Origin: Octopus vulgaris
Taxonomy: Eukaryota
Length of the DNA stretch: 64,000 nt
Direction: 5' to 3'
Assembly (NCBI GenBank): GCA_951406725.2
Contig: OX597822.1
Span: 56,420,001 to 56,484,000 of the forward strand
Shown one piece after another: positions 1 through 13,809 of the stretch. Each line of letters begins with the position of its first letter. The stretch's first letter is position 1. The position numbers were made by a program, and so were the translations under genes. The notes under the pieces were generated by a model. The model made no database searches. It saw nothing but the letters and a program-made list of their open reading frames with translations, and was not told the origin of the DNA.

Positions 1-224
1 CCGACAAGCTAACCGCAAGAAAGCGGTTGGTACTTGTCGTCGTAAGTCTGATTAGTGATGCACAAGCATGCAAAATTCCAAGCAGATATATGCACGACAA
101 CAAACACCTAATGCGATGCTTCATAGACAGAGTAGGATCCAGATTGGGTTTTGTAGGAACGCCTGGTGTCTTGCATGCGAACTGTGCTTGCTATCTGAAT
201 CCTATGCTACTATGCTATCTTTTC

Positions 225-650
225 GTCTCCAATATCTAATGCTTACTTGATTATTCTGGCCCTGTCAAGAAGGCAAATATTTTGTAACATCTCTACTGTG
301 CACTCTATTCCCATTTCTTTTATATTCCTGTTGGTGCCATCTGAAACAGTTCTCAAGGACCCAACAATAATTGGCACTATCTTCACCTTCATTTTTCATA
401 CCGGGCTATTTCGTATTTAAGAGGCGTGTATATGTCTATTTTTCCGCCTTACTGCTTGACTGTTCGTGGGTTAAAGTTGTACTCAACGCCAATTGAATAG
501 TACATGTGGTTCACCTTGTTCACCACCACTAGATCCGGCTTGTTGTACTTTAGTACCTGATCTGTTTGGATTGGGAAATCTCACAAAGTTTTGCAGTTCT
601 CCGACTCCGACACTCTCTGCGGTTTGGAATCAGACTTCGTCTTACCTCAC
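225..650 (-). mobile_element. Degenerate 3' end of an RLE-type (R4/Dong-like) non-LTR retrotransposon
   Basis: Minus-strand translation gives L*DFPIQTDQVLKYNKPDLVVVNK and KVKIVPIIVGSLRTV...EMLQNICLL, similar to 57888-58241. Confidence 0.7.
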
Positions 651-1450
651 ACCTAATTTTCCTTATTATTTTCATTTCAACATTGAAAATACTTAAAATT
701 ATACTAAGCGTCTTATCTGTCGAGTAGTTACAGATCCGTCTTACGAAATTATAACTATTAAACTATTAAACAAACGGTATAAAACCGGCACTATACTAGG
801 AAAGCAAAGCAAACCAAAGTAGAAGCATTAACCTATAGAGACATTAAAGGGAACAGAAAACATAATTAAACATACTGGAGCACCTTCCTCATCATGTGCT
901 TGGTAGGGGTTTTCAAAATGGCACTATCAATGATCGGGTGTGTTAAATTGGACTTATTTAGTGAGTGAAAGAGGAGCCTAAAGCCTAATGGATTATACTG
1001 AGCACAGGAACGCTGGCATGCTATCAAAATTACAAATCAGATAAAAATCGGTAAAAACAATTGCCATTGTTAAGTAAATGTAAATACCGCTTTTCTAAAA
1101 CATTATCTAATGTATGCATACAAGTTGAGTTTATTTTTTAGAATAAATTAAAATAGTTTTTATTTTTTAGAATAAATTATATTTTAGAATAAATTAAATA
1201 CCTCATTAAGGCGAATCTTGAAATCTTAACTAATCAAATACCATATATAAATTTTACTATATGAAATTTAGGGCCCCAGCGTCAGTAAAACTTTCTGTGT
1301 TTTAACAAATGCAGCAAATATGTTATATGATATCTATATATAGACGTCTAATTATATTGGCAACATGACACATTCTCAATTGTTCTAGTATGTATGTACT
1401 CATATGCATTATGTAAGTCCTGCACTTATTGTATAGCTCTCATATATGCA

Positions 1451-1494
<44 letters not shown>

Positions 1495-2227
1495 ACAAAC
1501 GTTAAAGTGAATGACCTGTCTAAGTTCCAATGAAGCGGAGTGTGGATATCTGGTGCGTCCATCAACAAAACGGCTCAAGTATTTAATTCTTTTACTTCCG
1601 AAACATGTTTTGAAGATATCACTGATGTTATTTTTTCCGTGTTAATTGTTAACAAGGGAAAATACACATATCTATTTATATATATATATATATATAGTTA
1701 TATATGTGTACAGGACGTCACAAACTGTGTAAAGAGCATGAGGTACGAAAACAGACGAGTTACATACGCAAACAGCGAGAAAAAAAAATGGAAAGCAGGA
1801 TAAGTAGCACAAAGATAGACCCTTCGTCAGTGGTCGGCTCTCTATCTACTCCACATTTCGAGCATTCGACGACAATATGAGTCTTCGAAGACAGTTACTC
1901 TCATAAATTCGAAAATAAAATTTTCGATTTATGGCGGGTCATAGTTCGGAACAAAAACAGGACAGTGGAGATATACAAGGAAACCAAACAGAAACAAATA
2001 TTGAGGGTCGTTAGACCAGAATGAGAGGAAAATAGTGAACACTGGGAGAAATATTTTCTTTGAAAAGAGAAAAGATAGAAAATAGAGATAAAAGATGTCC
2101 AGTCCTTAGAACGTCGTGCAGAGAAAGAAAGTTATGTATAGACATAAGTTCACTGTGTATCAATCTAATATATTCGCTGAATAAGTCTATTTTTTATTTG
2201 CCCATTATATATACATATATGTATGTG

Positions 2228-2517
<290 letters not shown>

Positions 2518-2970
2518 TATTTTTTTCAGTTATTAGACTGCAGCCATAGTGACAAGGAGCCTTCAGAATTTTAATCGACGGAATTACTTTTTTGAAGCTT
2601 GATACTTATTCTTTCGGAAAAATTCCTGAACCGCTAGCTTATGTTTAAGAGAAACATACCAACAGCGGTAAAGTTGGACAAAACAGACACAAAATGACAT
2701 ACACACACAAATGGATATGTTAAGGAAGAAAGAGAGTGAGAGAAAAAAGGAGTTAGATACATACATACTTTGTAGGTTAGGCTTAACTTTATTATTTAGA
2801 TTTCTTTATTTTGTGTGTTTGCGTTTTTGCTTGGGTGAACAATGACGTTTGTGCATGTGTATCAGTTGTAAATATATTATATTATATAGAGATTAGAAGG
2901 GACAAGATAAAGGCGAGAAAAGCAAAAGCCTAAAAGGAAAACCAAAATGTCGTATACAAGTCAATCTTAC

Positions 2971-4460
2971 CCTGATTTAGAAAAGTTTGCAAAGTAACTT
3001 GACATCATTTCTGATACTTCCTTATCTTCTGATGAAGATTTCGTTGTATATAACGCTCGCGAAAACACATAGTATATATCACTTCCGTGTGGGGAACCCA
3101 TCCATTCCGGCCAGGGCGAAACAGTTGATCGATAATCAAAAGAATATATGTAAACATTGGAATGGGTACTCCATTCCCGGGAAAATTCAATAGTAGGACA
3201 TTTAAACAAGGTATCGCCAGCTACTTGGTCAAGTACGTATCTGTATTTTTTAGTTTCAGAGGAGGAGTAGATATTAGACCCATAAACATAAAAGATGGAA
3301 TCAAGCTGCGCAGGATTTAGTTGTACTGGTTCAATCACTTTTTTCATTAATTTATGTGAGATAGAATTGTTTATTGGAACAGTTCCCTGAAAGAGGAAAT
3401 ATTGGGGGAAACTCGTTAGAAGAAAAAGGCTGCCTTCATTTTTAGCAAAACCCATTAATACATCTTTTTTAATTGCTTTATTTTGTAGAGCTTTGTTTGG
3501 CTTCGCCTGTAAGAAATAGTTATCGATAATGGGGAGAAAAGGAAGACTTAAGAAGCTGTTTAAATTATGAAATTGTCCCAGTGACATATTTTTGGCATCG
3601 GCATTTAGAAAACAATCTAGCATCTGCTTATCACTCTCAGTTGGGCATTTCAGGAAAGCAGCCATTTCTTTCGCTCTATCCTTATTTCCCTCTTTTGAGT
3701 TAATTGCCCAGTCAGCGTTATATGTCCCACTCATTATAATAGCATTCCTGAAAAGATTCCGAGACATTGGTGAAATAACATGCATACTAACAGATACTGC
3801 ACCAGCACTTTCTCCAAATAGTGTCAGTTTATCAGGGTCTCCGCCGAATGATGCAATATTATCGCGAATCCACTTTATAGCGAGGTTTTGATCAAGCAGT
3901 CCCATATTACCTGGAGCGCGCTCGTCATTTAAGGAAAGGAAACCAAAGGGCCCTACTCTGTAATTGAGTGATGCAACAATAATATTTTGACTGGCAGCTA
4001 ACCATCTTCCATCATACATGTCCATCGTGCTTGATCCAGATGTAAATCCCCCTCCATATATCCAAATCATCGTAGTTAAATTTGAACGGGACTTCCGCGC
4101 TTCTGTTGGCGCCCAAATGTTTAAATAAAGACAGTCTTCTTTTATATCAGCTTTTATTTTCCACAGATCTGCACCTGGAATGTCATCAAACATATCACTA
4201 ACATGTTGTGCACACGCCGCAACATGTTCCTTCGTTTCTTTTATACCACTCCACCGTTCAATTTTTTCAGGTCTTCTAAATCTTAGATTACCAACAGGAG
4301 GTTTCGCAAATGGTATTCCAAGAAATACATCAAGCTCAACATTCTGAACTACAACTGTTGATCCATTAATCTTCCCGCTGGTAGTTTCAATTATCGGGTC
4401 TTCTGCATGGACAAGAGTTTTTAATAGAGAAATTATTAAAATATATTTCAGACCTTCCAT
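2971..4460 (-). CDS. Cholinesterase/acetylcholinesterase-like carboxylesterase, paralog A, main coding exon (3' exons not found in window)
   Basis: ORF 2967-4460 has a signal peptide, FLGIPFAKPP, EDCLYLNIW, WIYGGGF, FGESAG (Ser), KNEGS (Glu) and WPEWMGSPHG (His). The apparent stop is part of the splice donor GG|GTAAGA at 2970. A polypyrimidine acceptor tttctttcAG at 4492-4491 lies 30 nt upstream of the ATG. Confidence 0.93.
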
Positions 4461-4757
4461 GATACGAATGGGTAAAATGTTGACAGAATTCTGAAAGAAA
4501 GAAAAAGAATATTATTGAAAAAAAATATTTGAATGAGTCTAGGGTAAAATAATTTAATTAATTTTCGCTTATCTTCTAATGCCCCAATATACCATAGTAG
4601 AACATATGATATGTTTTGCTGTGTAAAGTTACATCCATTTATTTATTTACCTTTTGTGTATGTGTGAGTGTATGTGTGTGTATTATTATTATTATTATTA
4701 CTTTTACTATTACTATTACTTTTACTATTATTATTATTACTATTATTATTATTATTA

Positions 4758-4813
<56 letters not shown>

Positions 4814-5225
4814 GTCGTAGGAGTGACTGTGTGGTAAGTAGCTTGCTTACCAACCACATGGTTCTGGGTTCAGTCCCACTGCGTGGCACCTTGGGCAAGT
4901 GTCTTCTACTATAGTCCTGGGGCGACCAAAGCCTTGTGAGTGGATTTGGTAGACGGAAACTGAAAGAAGCCCGTCGTATATATGTATATATATGTATATG
5001 TATGTGTGTGTATATGTTTCTGTGTTTGTGCTTGTCCCCCCAACATCGCTTGACAACCGATACTGCTGTGTTTACGCCCTTGTAACTTAGCGGTTCGGCT
5101 AAATAGGCCGATGGAATAAGTACTAGGCTTACAAAGAATAAGTCCTGGGGTCGATTTACTCGACTAAAGGCGGTGCTCCAGCATGGCTGAAGTCAAATGA
5201 CTGAAACAAGTAAAAGAATGAAAGA
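4814..5225 (+). mobile_element. tRNA-derived SINE, family 1
   Basis: A-box-like GTGTGGT and B-box-like GGTTCAGTCCC head, internal (TA/TG)n, and a conserved tail ...AAATGACTGAAACAAGTAAAAGA. Multiple copies in the window. Confidence 0.85.
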
Positions 5226-5567
5226 ATTATTATTATTATTATTATTGCTATTATTGTTGTTGTTGTTGTTGTTGTTATTATTATTATTATTTCTATGTCT
5301 CTCTAAAGGAGACTACGGCAGAGGTTCTGGATATTAATAGTTATCACCAAGCCAATATTGCAGTCTACAAATATAGGACGAAAGGTGCCGTTGTTGCCTG
5401 ACCAGCAAGGGGAAGCGGCTGACATCCCGTGTTCAAAGGTTATAATGGACACAGGTTCGTGTGTCATATAGCCAGCTATAGGCGATTTATGTTCACGTGT
5501 GTGATTATATGAGGATGATATACAATTGTTTGCTCAATTCTGACGTTTATTTTTTAACGACTGAGTT

Positions 5568-5606
<39 letters not shown>

Positions 5607-5636
5607 CTCAGTCATTTATATATATATATATATATA

Positions 5637-6025
5637 CTAGCAGTATCGCCCGGCGTTGCTCGGGTTGTAAAGGAAATAACTATATAAGCATTTTTAGAGA
5701 GTTATATAATAGCAAAAAAATGCATTAAAAATTGAAAAAAATTAAGGTAAATTTTTTTTTTAAATCGTTGACACATCGTAGATATTTTTAGAGAGTTACT
5801 TCCCTTATATAAAAGCGAAAAAAAATGCATTAAAATGGAAAAATATGATGGTAAATTTTTTTTAAATCGTAGACTCATCGTAGACGCGCGCTAATCCCCA
5901 GAAGGGCTCGATATGAATCACGACTATAAGATACCGCTTTTGGTTAAACTGCACTGCAAAATGTGGGAGTAGTTACGAATCTAAATCGTAGGAGACAGAC
6001 ACACAACTTCACTCTTATATAAAGA
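5637..6025 (-). mobile_element. Non-autonomous Helitron
   Basis: On the minus strand: 5' A|TC start, 3' CCCGAGCAACGCCGGG hairpin followed by CTAG|T, no TSD. Second copy at 53724-54237. Confidence 0.75.
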
Positions 6026-6831
6026 TGCTTTTTTTTTCAGTCATAGAGTTAGATTTATGAAGGTCTTCAGTAGAAAATCCTTCGAATTCTGACTCGCTGC
6101 TTGATATAATGAAATTCGTATCCATTTTTTGTCAGAATTACAAATTTTGAAAACACAATAGGAACAAATTTCGGAAAAAAATCTCCCATAATTCACGGAA
6201 TTAAAATTACACTTCGAGTTTTGTACAAAACTGTATTTGAAGTGTTTACGAAGTATAATACGTGTTTTCACGAATGTACTAAAGAGATTTACTCTGATAT
6301 TCTCATTTAAATATGAATAGGTAAATTCGGGCGGTTTGGTAACGAAAGGGTTAAACGGATGCATACATTTATTAATAACTATATATAAGTGTCGTCTGTT
6401 TATACATAAACACTGTTTCATACTTTCAGTTTAGTCTTCCTCAAATCACTCTGTCGCTATTTACTCTCTTCCAAGAACATTTTCACTCACTCTTATCTCT
6501 TAGCTTGCCATACATTTTACTCATGTATCTATCAGCGTGATAGACAGAAACAAATATTACATCGCCATCGCCATCGCCATCGCATTCTATTGTCTACATG
6601 TCAACACACACACAGTGAATTAGTTTCATTTTATTCGTTGCACACTGTGTGTGTGCGTTTGCGTGTGCTGTAAACCAGACTAAGAAAAGCATTTGACATA
6701 CACACCAGAATGTGAGTTTTCTGTAAATTTTGCTTAATTAGAGTTTAAATTTTAAAAACTGGACCTGGCATGACCCGATGCATTCTACTCTTAAAAATGC
6801 TAGGTAAATTGTAATTGAAGAAATCTTATAT

Positions 6832-7524
6832 ATGACCAGGAAAGTTTTGTGGTTCAACCCGGCTTTCAATTTGGCCGTAAAGACTAATATAGGTAAGGAA
6901 TTTTTGAGATTAGTCTCTAAGCATTTTAAGCAGGGTCATAAATTCTACAGAATATTTAATAGAAGAACCCTGAAGGTTAGCTATTCTTGTTGCAGAAATT
7001 TCACCTCTTACATTAGCCAACATAATAGGAAGCTAATTGAGATTAGACATGGTGCCGAGCCCATTAAGAAATGTAATTTCAAAAACGAAAGCTCCTGTCC
7101 GTTAGAAGGGAAATGTCTAGTGAAAGGAGTAGTTTATAGAGCCAAGGTGCAAGTGGAAGGCTCATCGGAATACAAGACATACACAGGGGCTTCAGAAAAT
7201 TCATTTAAAACAAGATTTTATTCTCATAAAAATTCATTTAAATACCCAGAGAATAGGAAGAAAACCAGCCTAGCAAAATATGTCTGGGAACTAAAAGAAA
7301 AGGAAGCCCCACCTTTCAACGTGACATGGAGCATTCTGGACAGGGCGGCACCATACAGGCATGGAGCTTACAAAAATAATTTCAAGTGCAGACTTTGTCT
7401 ATTAGAGAAAATGTACATCTTATTCAAAGACAATAATTCTTTGAATCAAAGAAGTGAGTTAATGAACTTATGTAGGCACGCGGCTAAATTTAAAATGTCG
7501 AATATAAATATACCATATGGATAG
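6832..7524 (+). mobile_element. Penelope-like element, 5'-truncated, intact GIY-YIG endonuclease region
   Basis: WFNPAF...IFNRRTLKVSYSC, Cys motif (C...CPLEGKC), VVYRAKV...YTGASENSFKTRF, CRLCLLEK, LNQRSEL..CRH. Confidence 0.88.
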
Positions 7525-8339
7525 AGTATATATTTTGTATTTTTGATTTTTGATTTTGATTTTGACTCTTGAGCGCTACGATGGATTTTGTTTCCATGCT
7601 ATGCGGATCTTAATCCGTATAGCAAAGTCTTATGTTTCTACATATATATTAGGAAAAACCTACAAACTTTGTTTTCATGTTATTGTATTGCATAGGATTA
7701 CCTTGATTATTTATATTACCTTGATTATTTATAAATGACCCAAAATAGGATGTTAATTTTATTTTATATGTCTTTCGTATATATTTTTATTAATGCACCC
7801 ATTTTTAAAAGCAATGTTTTTTAAAAAAAAGCAATGTTGTCAAAATTAGAATGTTTATATAAGTATGTGTATAGCAAAGCATATGTATTTGTAAGCATGC
7901 GTATCTGTGTATGTGTAAGTGAAAGTATGTTTGTGCTTAAGCACACATATACACGACGGTATGTATATGTATCCATTCAAACTTGTGTATGTATACTGGT
8001 CTCTATAGATGCCAATAACATCATTACACTGCTTATTTCGTTTTTTTACCCACCCCTCCTTCGTTTCTTTTTTCTCTCTTTCCCTTTCTTTCGTTCCCCC
8101 TCCTTGCTCAGTATATGAGAATTGCTACATAGATGAATTTTAGCTTGCGTGCGAGACGGTTTGCGTGAATATATGTACACATGCTTTTATGTGTATATTT
8201 AGACTTATATTCATACGTCTGTATATGTATGTATGGCGTTTACGCGCATCCTTTTGTGTATGTTGATATATATATGTAGATTTTAATATAAATATGTATT
8301 GCAGTATTTATAACAGGTTTAATTTCTATGCATTAATTT

Positions 8340-9640
8340 GCACTGTCTTCATTAACGTCAATAGGTTTTTTTCCTCGGATTTTATAATTTTTATAATTTT
8401 TATAATTTTTTATAAGTTTTTATATACATATACATATATTTTTGACCTTTTTGTTTATCGTGTCTTTAGTGGTTATAGAGTTTACGGTAGCTTCATATAT
8501 GATGGTCTTGGACATGCAAGCTCCATTTAGCGGGCACAATTCTTTATTCCTGCATGAACAGCTGTTTTTCTTCTTGTGTTTTTTGTATGTTATGATTGAT
8601 TATGTTTTTAAAATTGGTAGTTGAACTAAAACTAATTTTTAAATTGTGTCTATTGAAGAGTTTCCTATAAGCATGGGTAAATATTTCCTAGCACTGATAG
8701 ATAGACATTTTCCAGTTAACCATGCTTATAGGAAACTCTTCAATAGACACAATTTAAAAATTAGTTTTAGCTCAACTACCAATTTTAAAAACATAATCAA
8801 TCATAACATACAAAAAACACAAGAAGAAAACAGCTGTTCATGCAGGAATAAAGAATTGTGCCCGCTAAATGGAGCTTGCATGTCCAAGACCATCATATAT
8901 GAAGCTACCGTAAACTCTATAACCACTAAAGACACCGTTTTGACGAAGAAATACGTGGGCCTGACAGAGGGTAATTTCAAGGCCAGGTTCAATAACCACA
9001 CTTTGAGCTTTAGGCACTGGAACAAAAGAAAAGCGACACAATTATCCAATCATATTTGGTCTTTAAGAGATAAAGGTGTCGATTATAACATACAATGGAA
9101 GATTTTGGCCAGATGTAAGCCCTATACTAACGGCAGCGGAAGGTGCGGTTTATGCGACATGGAGAGATGGCTTATCTGGAAAAGCAGCTTAGACCCTACC
9201 ACATGTCTAAATACAAGGACAGAACTTTTCGGATCATGCCCACATGTGACTAAATTTCTGTTACGTTTTTGGTCCCCTAAAGAAAACGGATAGAACATGC
9301 TTTCTGTGTTATGTCCCAAGAAGATTTTATATATTTTTATATATTTTTATATATTTTTATGTATTTTTATATAATTTTTATGACGAAAAATGCGAGCGAT
9401 GTATAAGTACGCAGGCAAAGCAGAGTTATAACAGAGTAATTTCCCTTCATTTTTAACGGTATTTTTTCATAACGTTTTCAAATAGCCAGATAACCGAAGA
9501 GATGGTGTTGTGGATTTCCACTTCGGCATCTGAAACTCAGAGTTTTATCTTGACTACCGAGTAATGTAACATATTGTATAGATAAATTTCCTCTATTTAC
9601 ATAATATTGAGGTCTCTTTCTTTCTTTTGTTATCTTACCG
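8340..9640 (+). mobile_element. Penelope-like element (GIY-YIG ORF 8646-9293) with inverted partial copy and 3' pseudo-LTR
   Basis: IIYEATV...KYVGLTEGNFKARFNNH, CGLCDMER. 8460-8676 is the reverse complement of 8720-8935. A hammerhead-like motif follows at 9488-9550. Confidence 0.88.
9488..9550 (+). ncRNA. Type I hammerhead ribozyme motif with one core mutation
   Basis: Stem I AGATAA/TTATCT; core CCGAAGA (consensus CUGANGA); stem II GATG/CATC; GAAA-CTCAGAG-TT. Confidence 0.65.
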
Positions 9641-9646
9641 TTTTAT

Positions 9647-9698
<52 letters not shown>

Positions 9699-9780
9699 GG
9701 AAAGACAAGTAGATAGAAAGACAGAGCTAATATATAATTACTATGAAAAATATACATACATATATATATATATATATATA

Positions 9781-10999
9781 CAGGGCGCGTAAGGTAACTG
9801 TGAATATAACTTTTTTTATACGTTTTTTTGCTAACACTGTATAATATTTATTTCACAAAATAATTATGGCAGACCCTCAGATTACTCAAGAAACGCTGTT
9901 ATTTTTGTTATAAAGGTCTAGCATATCTCGTTTTTTCAAAGTTGCCAGATCTTTTGTAAGGAGCTAGAGATTGAAGATGGAAGCGTATCACAAGTATCAA
10001 AGCATGAAAAGCATTCTAAACGCTCTGAAATCATCAGAACATCTGAATGTATCCACCAAGTTCAACAGACCATTGATTTCAATCCTAGAAAGTCTATGAG
10101 ATCCATTGCAAATGATCTCCATGTGTCAGAAGGAAGAGTCAGAAATGTTGTCCACCAAGACATCAGATAAAAGTCTTATATGATAAGGAAAGGTCAATTT
10201 CTCTGAAAAAGCAAAGAAAATCACTATATCCCATCTAAACGGCTCTTAGACAAACTGAAAAATCCAGCAGAAGAAGATTTGATTTGGTTTTTCTCAGGCG
10301 AGAAAAACTTCGAACATGGTCAAAAAGTTAACAGAAATGACAGATGGTTATGTGAAGACACTTCTGAAGTTCCAAGTGTCATGCATACACATACAAAATT
10401 TTCTGCAAATTTCATGGTTTAAAGGGTTGTCAGCAATGAAGGACATGTGGTGCCTCCTTACTTCTCTCCACAAGTCTTTAGAGTTAACTCTGCCGCCTAC
10501 ATTGGGATCCTGGAAATAATTAAACCCTGGATAGACAGCGTATGCTATAGAAGGCCGTATGTGTTTCAGTACGATTCTGGACTATCACACACGGCTCTAG
10601 TTATACAGGAATGAATGGCTGAACATTTTCATGATCACATAACCCCTAACATTTGGCCTCCTAATTCCCCAGATTTCAATCCATTGGACTATTACATGTG
10701 GGGCGTTGTTGAACGAGAAAGGTCAATTAACACGCCCATAACACTAAAGACTCTTTGAAAGCTGGCATAGTCAGAGTACTGTCCAGAATGAACCAGGACC
10801 ACTTGATTCAAGGATGTTGATGATTCAGATCTCATATAGAAGCTGTTGTTGAAGCTGAAAATACTTCTATTGAATAAAATTTATAGAAAAGAAAGTTTAT
10901 CATTATCCTCATCGCATTATTTGATAAATAAAGTTATCATGTTATTATATAGCCGTTTTTATAAACATAAATCTGCACTCAAATGTCTTACGCACCCTG
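9781..10999 (+). mobile_element. Degenerate Tc1/mariner-superfamily transposon (maT/DD37D-like)
   Basis: TIRs CAGGGCGCGTAAG / CTTACGCACCCTG within TA flanks. Broken transposase with WFFSGEKNF, YVFQYDS and WPPNSPDFNPLDYYMWGVVE. Confidence 0.85.
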
Positions 11000-11009
11000 T
11001 ATATATGTA

Positions 11010-11088
<79 letters not shown>

Positions 11089-11322
11089 CAAAGTGAAGTT
11101 GTAAGGTACCGCACGAGAGGAAATATATTTGAAAGAAGGTTTGAAAATGACCGCTTTCACTTTTTTAGAAAAAGATTGTCAAAAGTAAAATGTAAAGCTT
11201 TGTATAAGCTTTGTTGTGTTAAGTACTGGTTGTCACAAAATTATTAGAATACATATATACATATATGTATACATTTACTTTAATACTTCTATTGAAAGAA
11301 ATATATATATATACACACATAC

Positions 11323-11363
<41 letters not shown>

Positions 11364-11366
<3 letters not shown>

Positions 11367-11622
11367 AGGCGCAATGGCCTAGTGGTTAGGGCAGCGGACT
11401 CGCGGTTTCGATTCCCATACCGGGCGTTGTGTGTGTTTATTGAGCGAAAACACCTAAAAGCTCCACGAGGCTCCGGCATGGGGTGGTGATCCCTGCTGTA
11501 CTCTTTCACCACTCTTTCTTCTGTTGGCCTGCTCGCTTAGCCAGCGGGGTGGCGTCATTCAAAGGCTAAAACAATGCGAACGCATATGTAACAACATCTG
11601 ATGGTCTGGTCGGTCACGTGAT

Positions 11623-11628
<6 letters not shown>
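11364..11628 (+). mobile_element. tRNA-derived SINE, family 2
   Basis: TGGCCTAGTGG A-box and TTCGATTCC B-box. Related head at 45050-45340. Confidence 0.75.
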
Positions 11629-11678
<50 letters not shown>

Positions 11679-11699
11679 TAAAACCATACATACATATAA

Positions 11700-11746
<47 letters not shown>

Positions 11747-13734
11747 CATACAGAGAGAGAAAGAGAGAACGTGTGAGGTAGAGAGGGGGGGCAGTATATA
11801 TGCAAAACTCTTCATAACTTGTATTTTAACATCTCCAAATATTATAACTTGTATTTTAACTACATCTCCAACAAAACTGTTCCGTCCCAAGACGGCTGCG
11901 CTTCTTTTGTGTTAACACCAATGCGATGGAGAGAGTCGACTTGTCGTTATAGACAACATTCTAGAGTAACATGGTCAGCCTTAAACGACGGAGATTATAT
12001 GTATACAGATACAAATATGTATATATATACAGCCAAGATAAGTTAAAAATTGTCTAAAGTCGTAAGACGCTCCTGTCCTTGTACTGTCCACCTTCGTGTT
12101 TTTTATTTCTGTTTTTTATATATATTTTTGCTTCTTGTATTTACATTCGTGTGAAATCCTGTCTTTGTTCCGTATACATTCGACCCTCTTTCCAAGAAAT
12201 CCAATGCCTGTGGCTTGGATTTTCCTTGGGGCTGGCCGGATCGGAGTGATATCGAGATTAAACAGCCGAAATTACTAAGATGATCCGGTTCCCGACTGAA
12301 GATTAGAGGCTTCGAGTGACCCGTCGGTTTTTTGTGTCGTCTCCTTGTGTGTTTTTGCGTTCTTGTCCCACTTTGTAATTTATATTTTATATTAAATTCT
12401 ATACATATATAAGTATATATGTATGAGAGCGAGCGTGTATGTTCGAGTATGTGCGTGTGTACAGAGAAAGAATGCCCCAGACAAATCGAAAAGTATGCAA
12501 AAATATAAATACCTTAGTTTTCGGATCGCTCTATCTCTTTCACGTCTCCCGGCACTGTATACGCTGCTTCACCTGTCGCAGCCAATACATATATGTTTAA
12601 ACACGTATATATATATTTCTCTGTGTGTGTTTGTGCATGCGTGTTTATATGTGGAGGGACGTGTATTGTATGTATGTACTGTAAATAATGTACGTCTGTA
12701 TATCGTACATATGTATGTGTGCATATATTTGTTTTCAAGCACTATCATGACAAGTGAGTATGACACTGCTTATAAGTTTATGCGTATGTTTTGTGTGGGC
12801 GACACTGTGTATATGTGTATGAGCTTATTTGTGCGTGTGCGCATATTTTTATGCGTGCGTGTGTGAGGGGAGGTGCTTGCGCGTGGCATGTAAACTTGTT
12901 TAAGAAGGTGGATATGGGAACGAGAAGGGCGGAAGAAAAAGAAGTAGAAAGAAAAAGGTTGAGTCATATTCCAATAGTCAATGCATAACTATAGGGATTT
13001 TGTTCTGAATGCATGTCAGGGTAAATGGGGAACTAAAATTCACAGGCCGACAAAGAAAGTAAGAGAGGTTGAGAAAAAGAGAAAGAGAGGAAGAAAGAAG
13101 GAAAGAGGGGCCAAAATGAGAGATAACGTAGAAATCATATTCTGACGATGTTGATCTGAAGCACCATTGTTCTGTAAATATTCATTGAATATTGCGATAA
13201 ATATTTGTATAATCACATACCTTTTACCAACATAATATTGCTTTTAAAAAAATGTAAACAAAATCTTCCACAAAATGGAGAGGCTACAAAATGTTTTCAC
13301 GGCACAAATATCTAACTTGTTTTTCTCAACATTTTTACATATATTTAGCTTTATTGTTTTTTTTATATTTTTGTTACATAAAGAGTTTTATATAACATTT
13401 AGCAGTCTCTCATAGCTTGCGAGCTATAAATAAAAGTTTAAATTGTCTGGAATTTATTCTCCAGCCGCCATTTCTAATTCATTCTCCACTTATTGTTTTC
13501 TGTCTTATCTCTGATGAAGGAATAGATACCGAAAAGTCGAATATGTTCTCTTCGTTCTATGCGTTTGCACTGTGCACATGCAAACATACATACTTACATA
13601 CATATGCACACACACACACACACACACACATACACTCACGCACACACATACACACACACACACACATTAAATACAATAAGATAACAAAGCCAAGTCTATG
13701 TGATGTATCTGGGACATTTATAAAGAGAAAGTTG

Positions 13735-13781
13735 GTCTTACAGCTGTTTCAGGAAAATATATGATACCCATCATCAGAGAC
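13735..13781 (-). ncRNA. Minimal type I hammerhead ribozyme
   Basis: GTCT-CTGATGA-TGGG...CCT-GAAA-CAGCTG-TA-AGAC: intact core, stem I GTCT/AGAC, palindromic stem III. Confidence 0.75.
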
Positions 13782-13809
13782 GAGTTAAAAAAGTTTCTCA
13801 TATATATAT

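Noticed and set aside
2967-2970. Stop codons ending both esterase ORFs at ...FSKSG*, suggesting truncated pseudogenes or intronless genes
   Set aside because: The TAA is inside the GTAAGA splice donor in both paralogs, and matching downstream exons were found for paralog B.
6325-6356. piggyBac-like end (TTAA-CCCTTTCG on the minus strand)
   Set aside because: No partner terminus or transposase remnant was found, so the element cannot be delimited.
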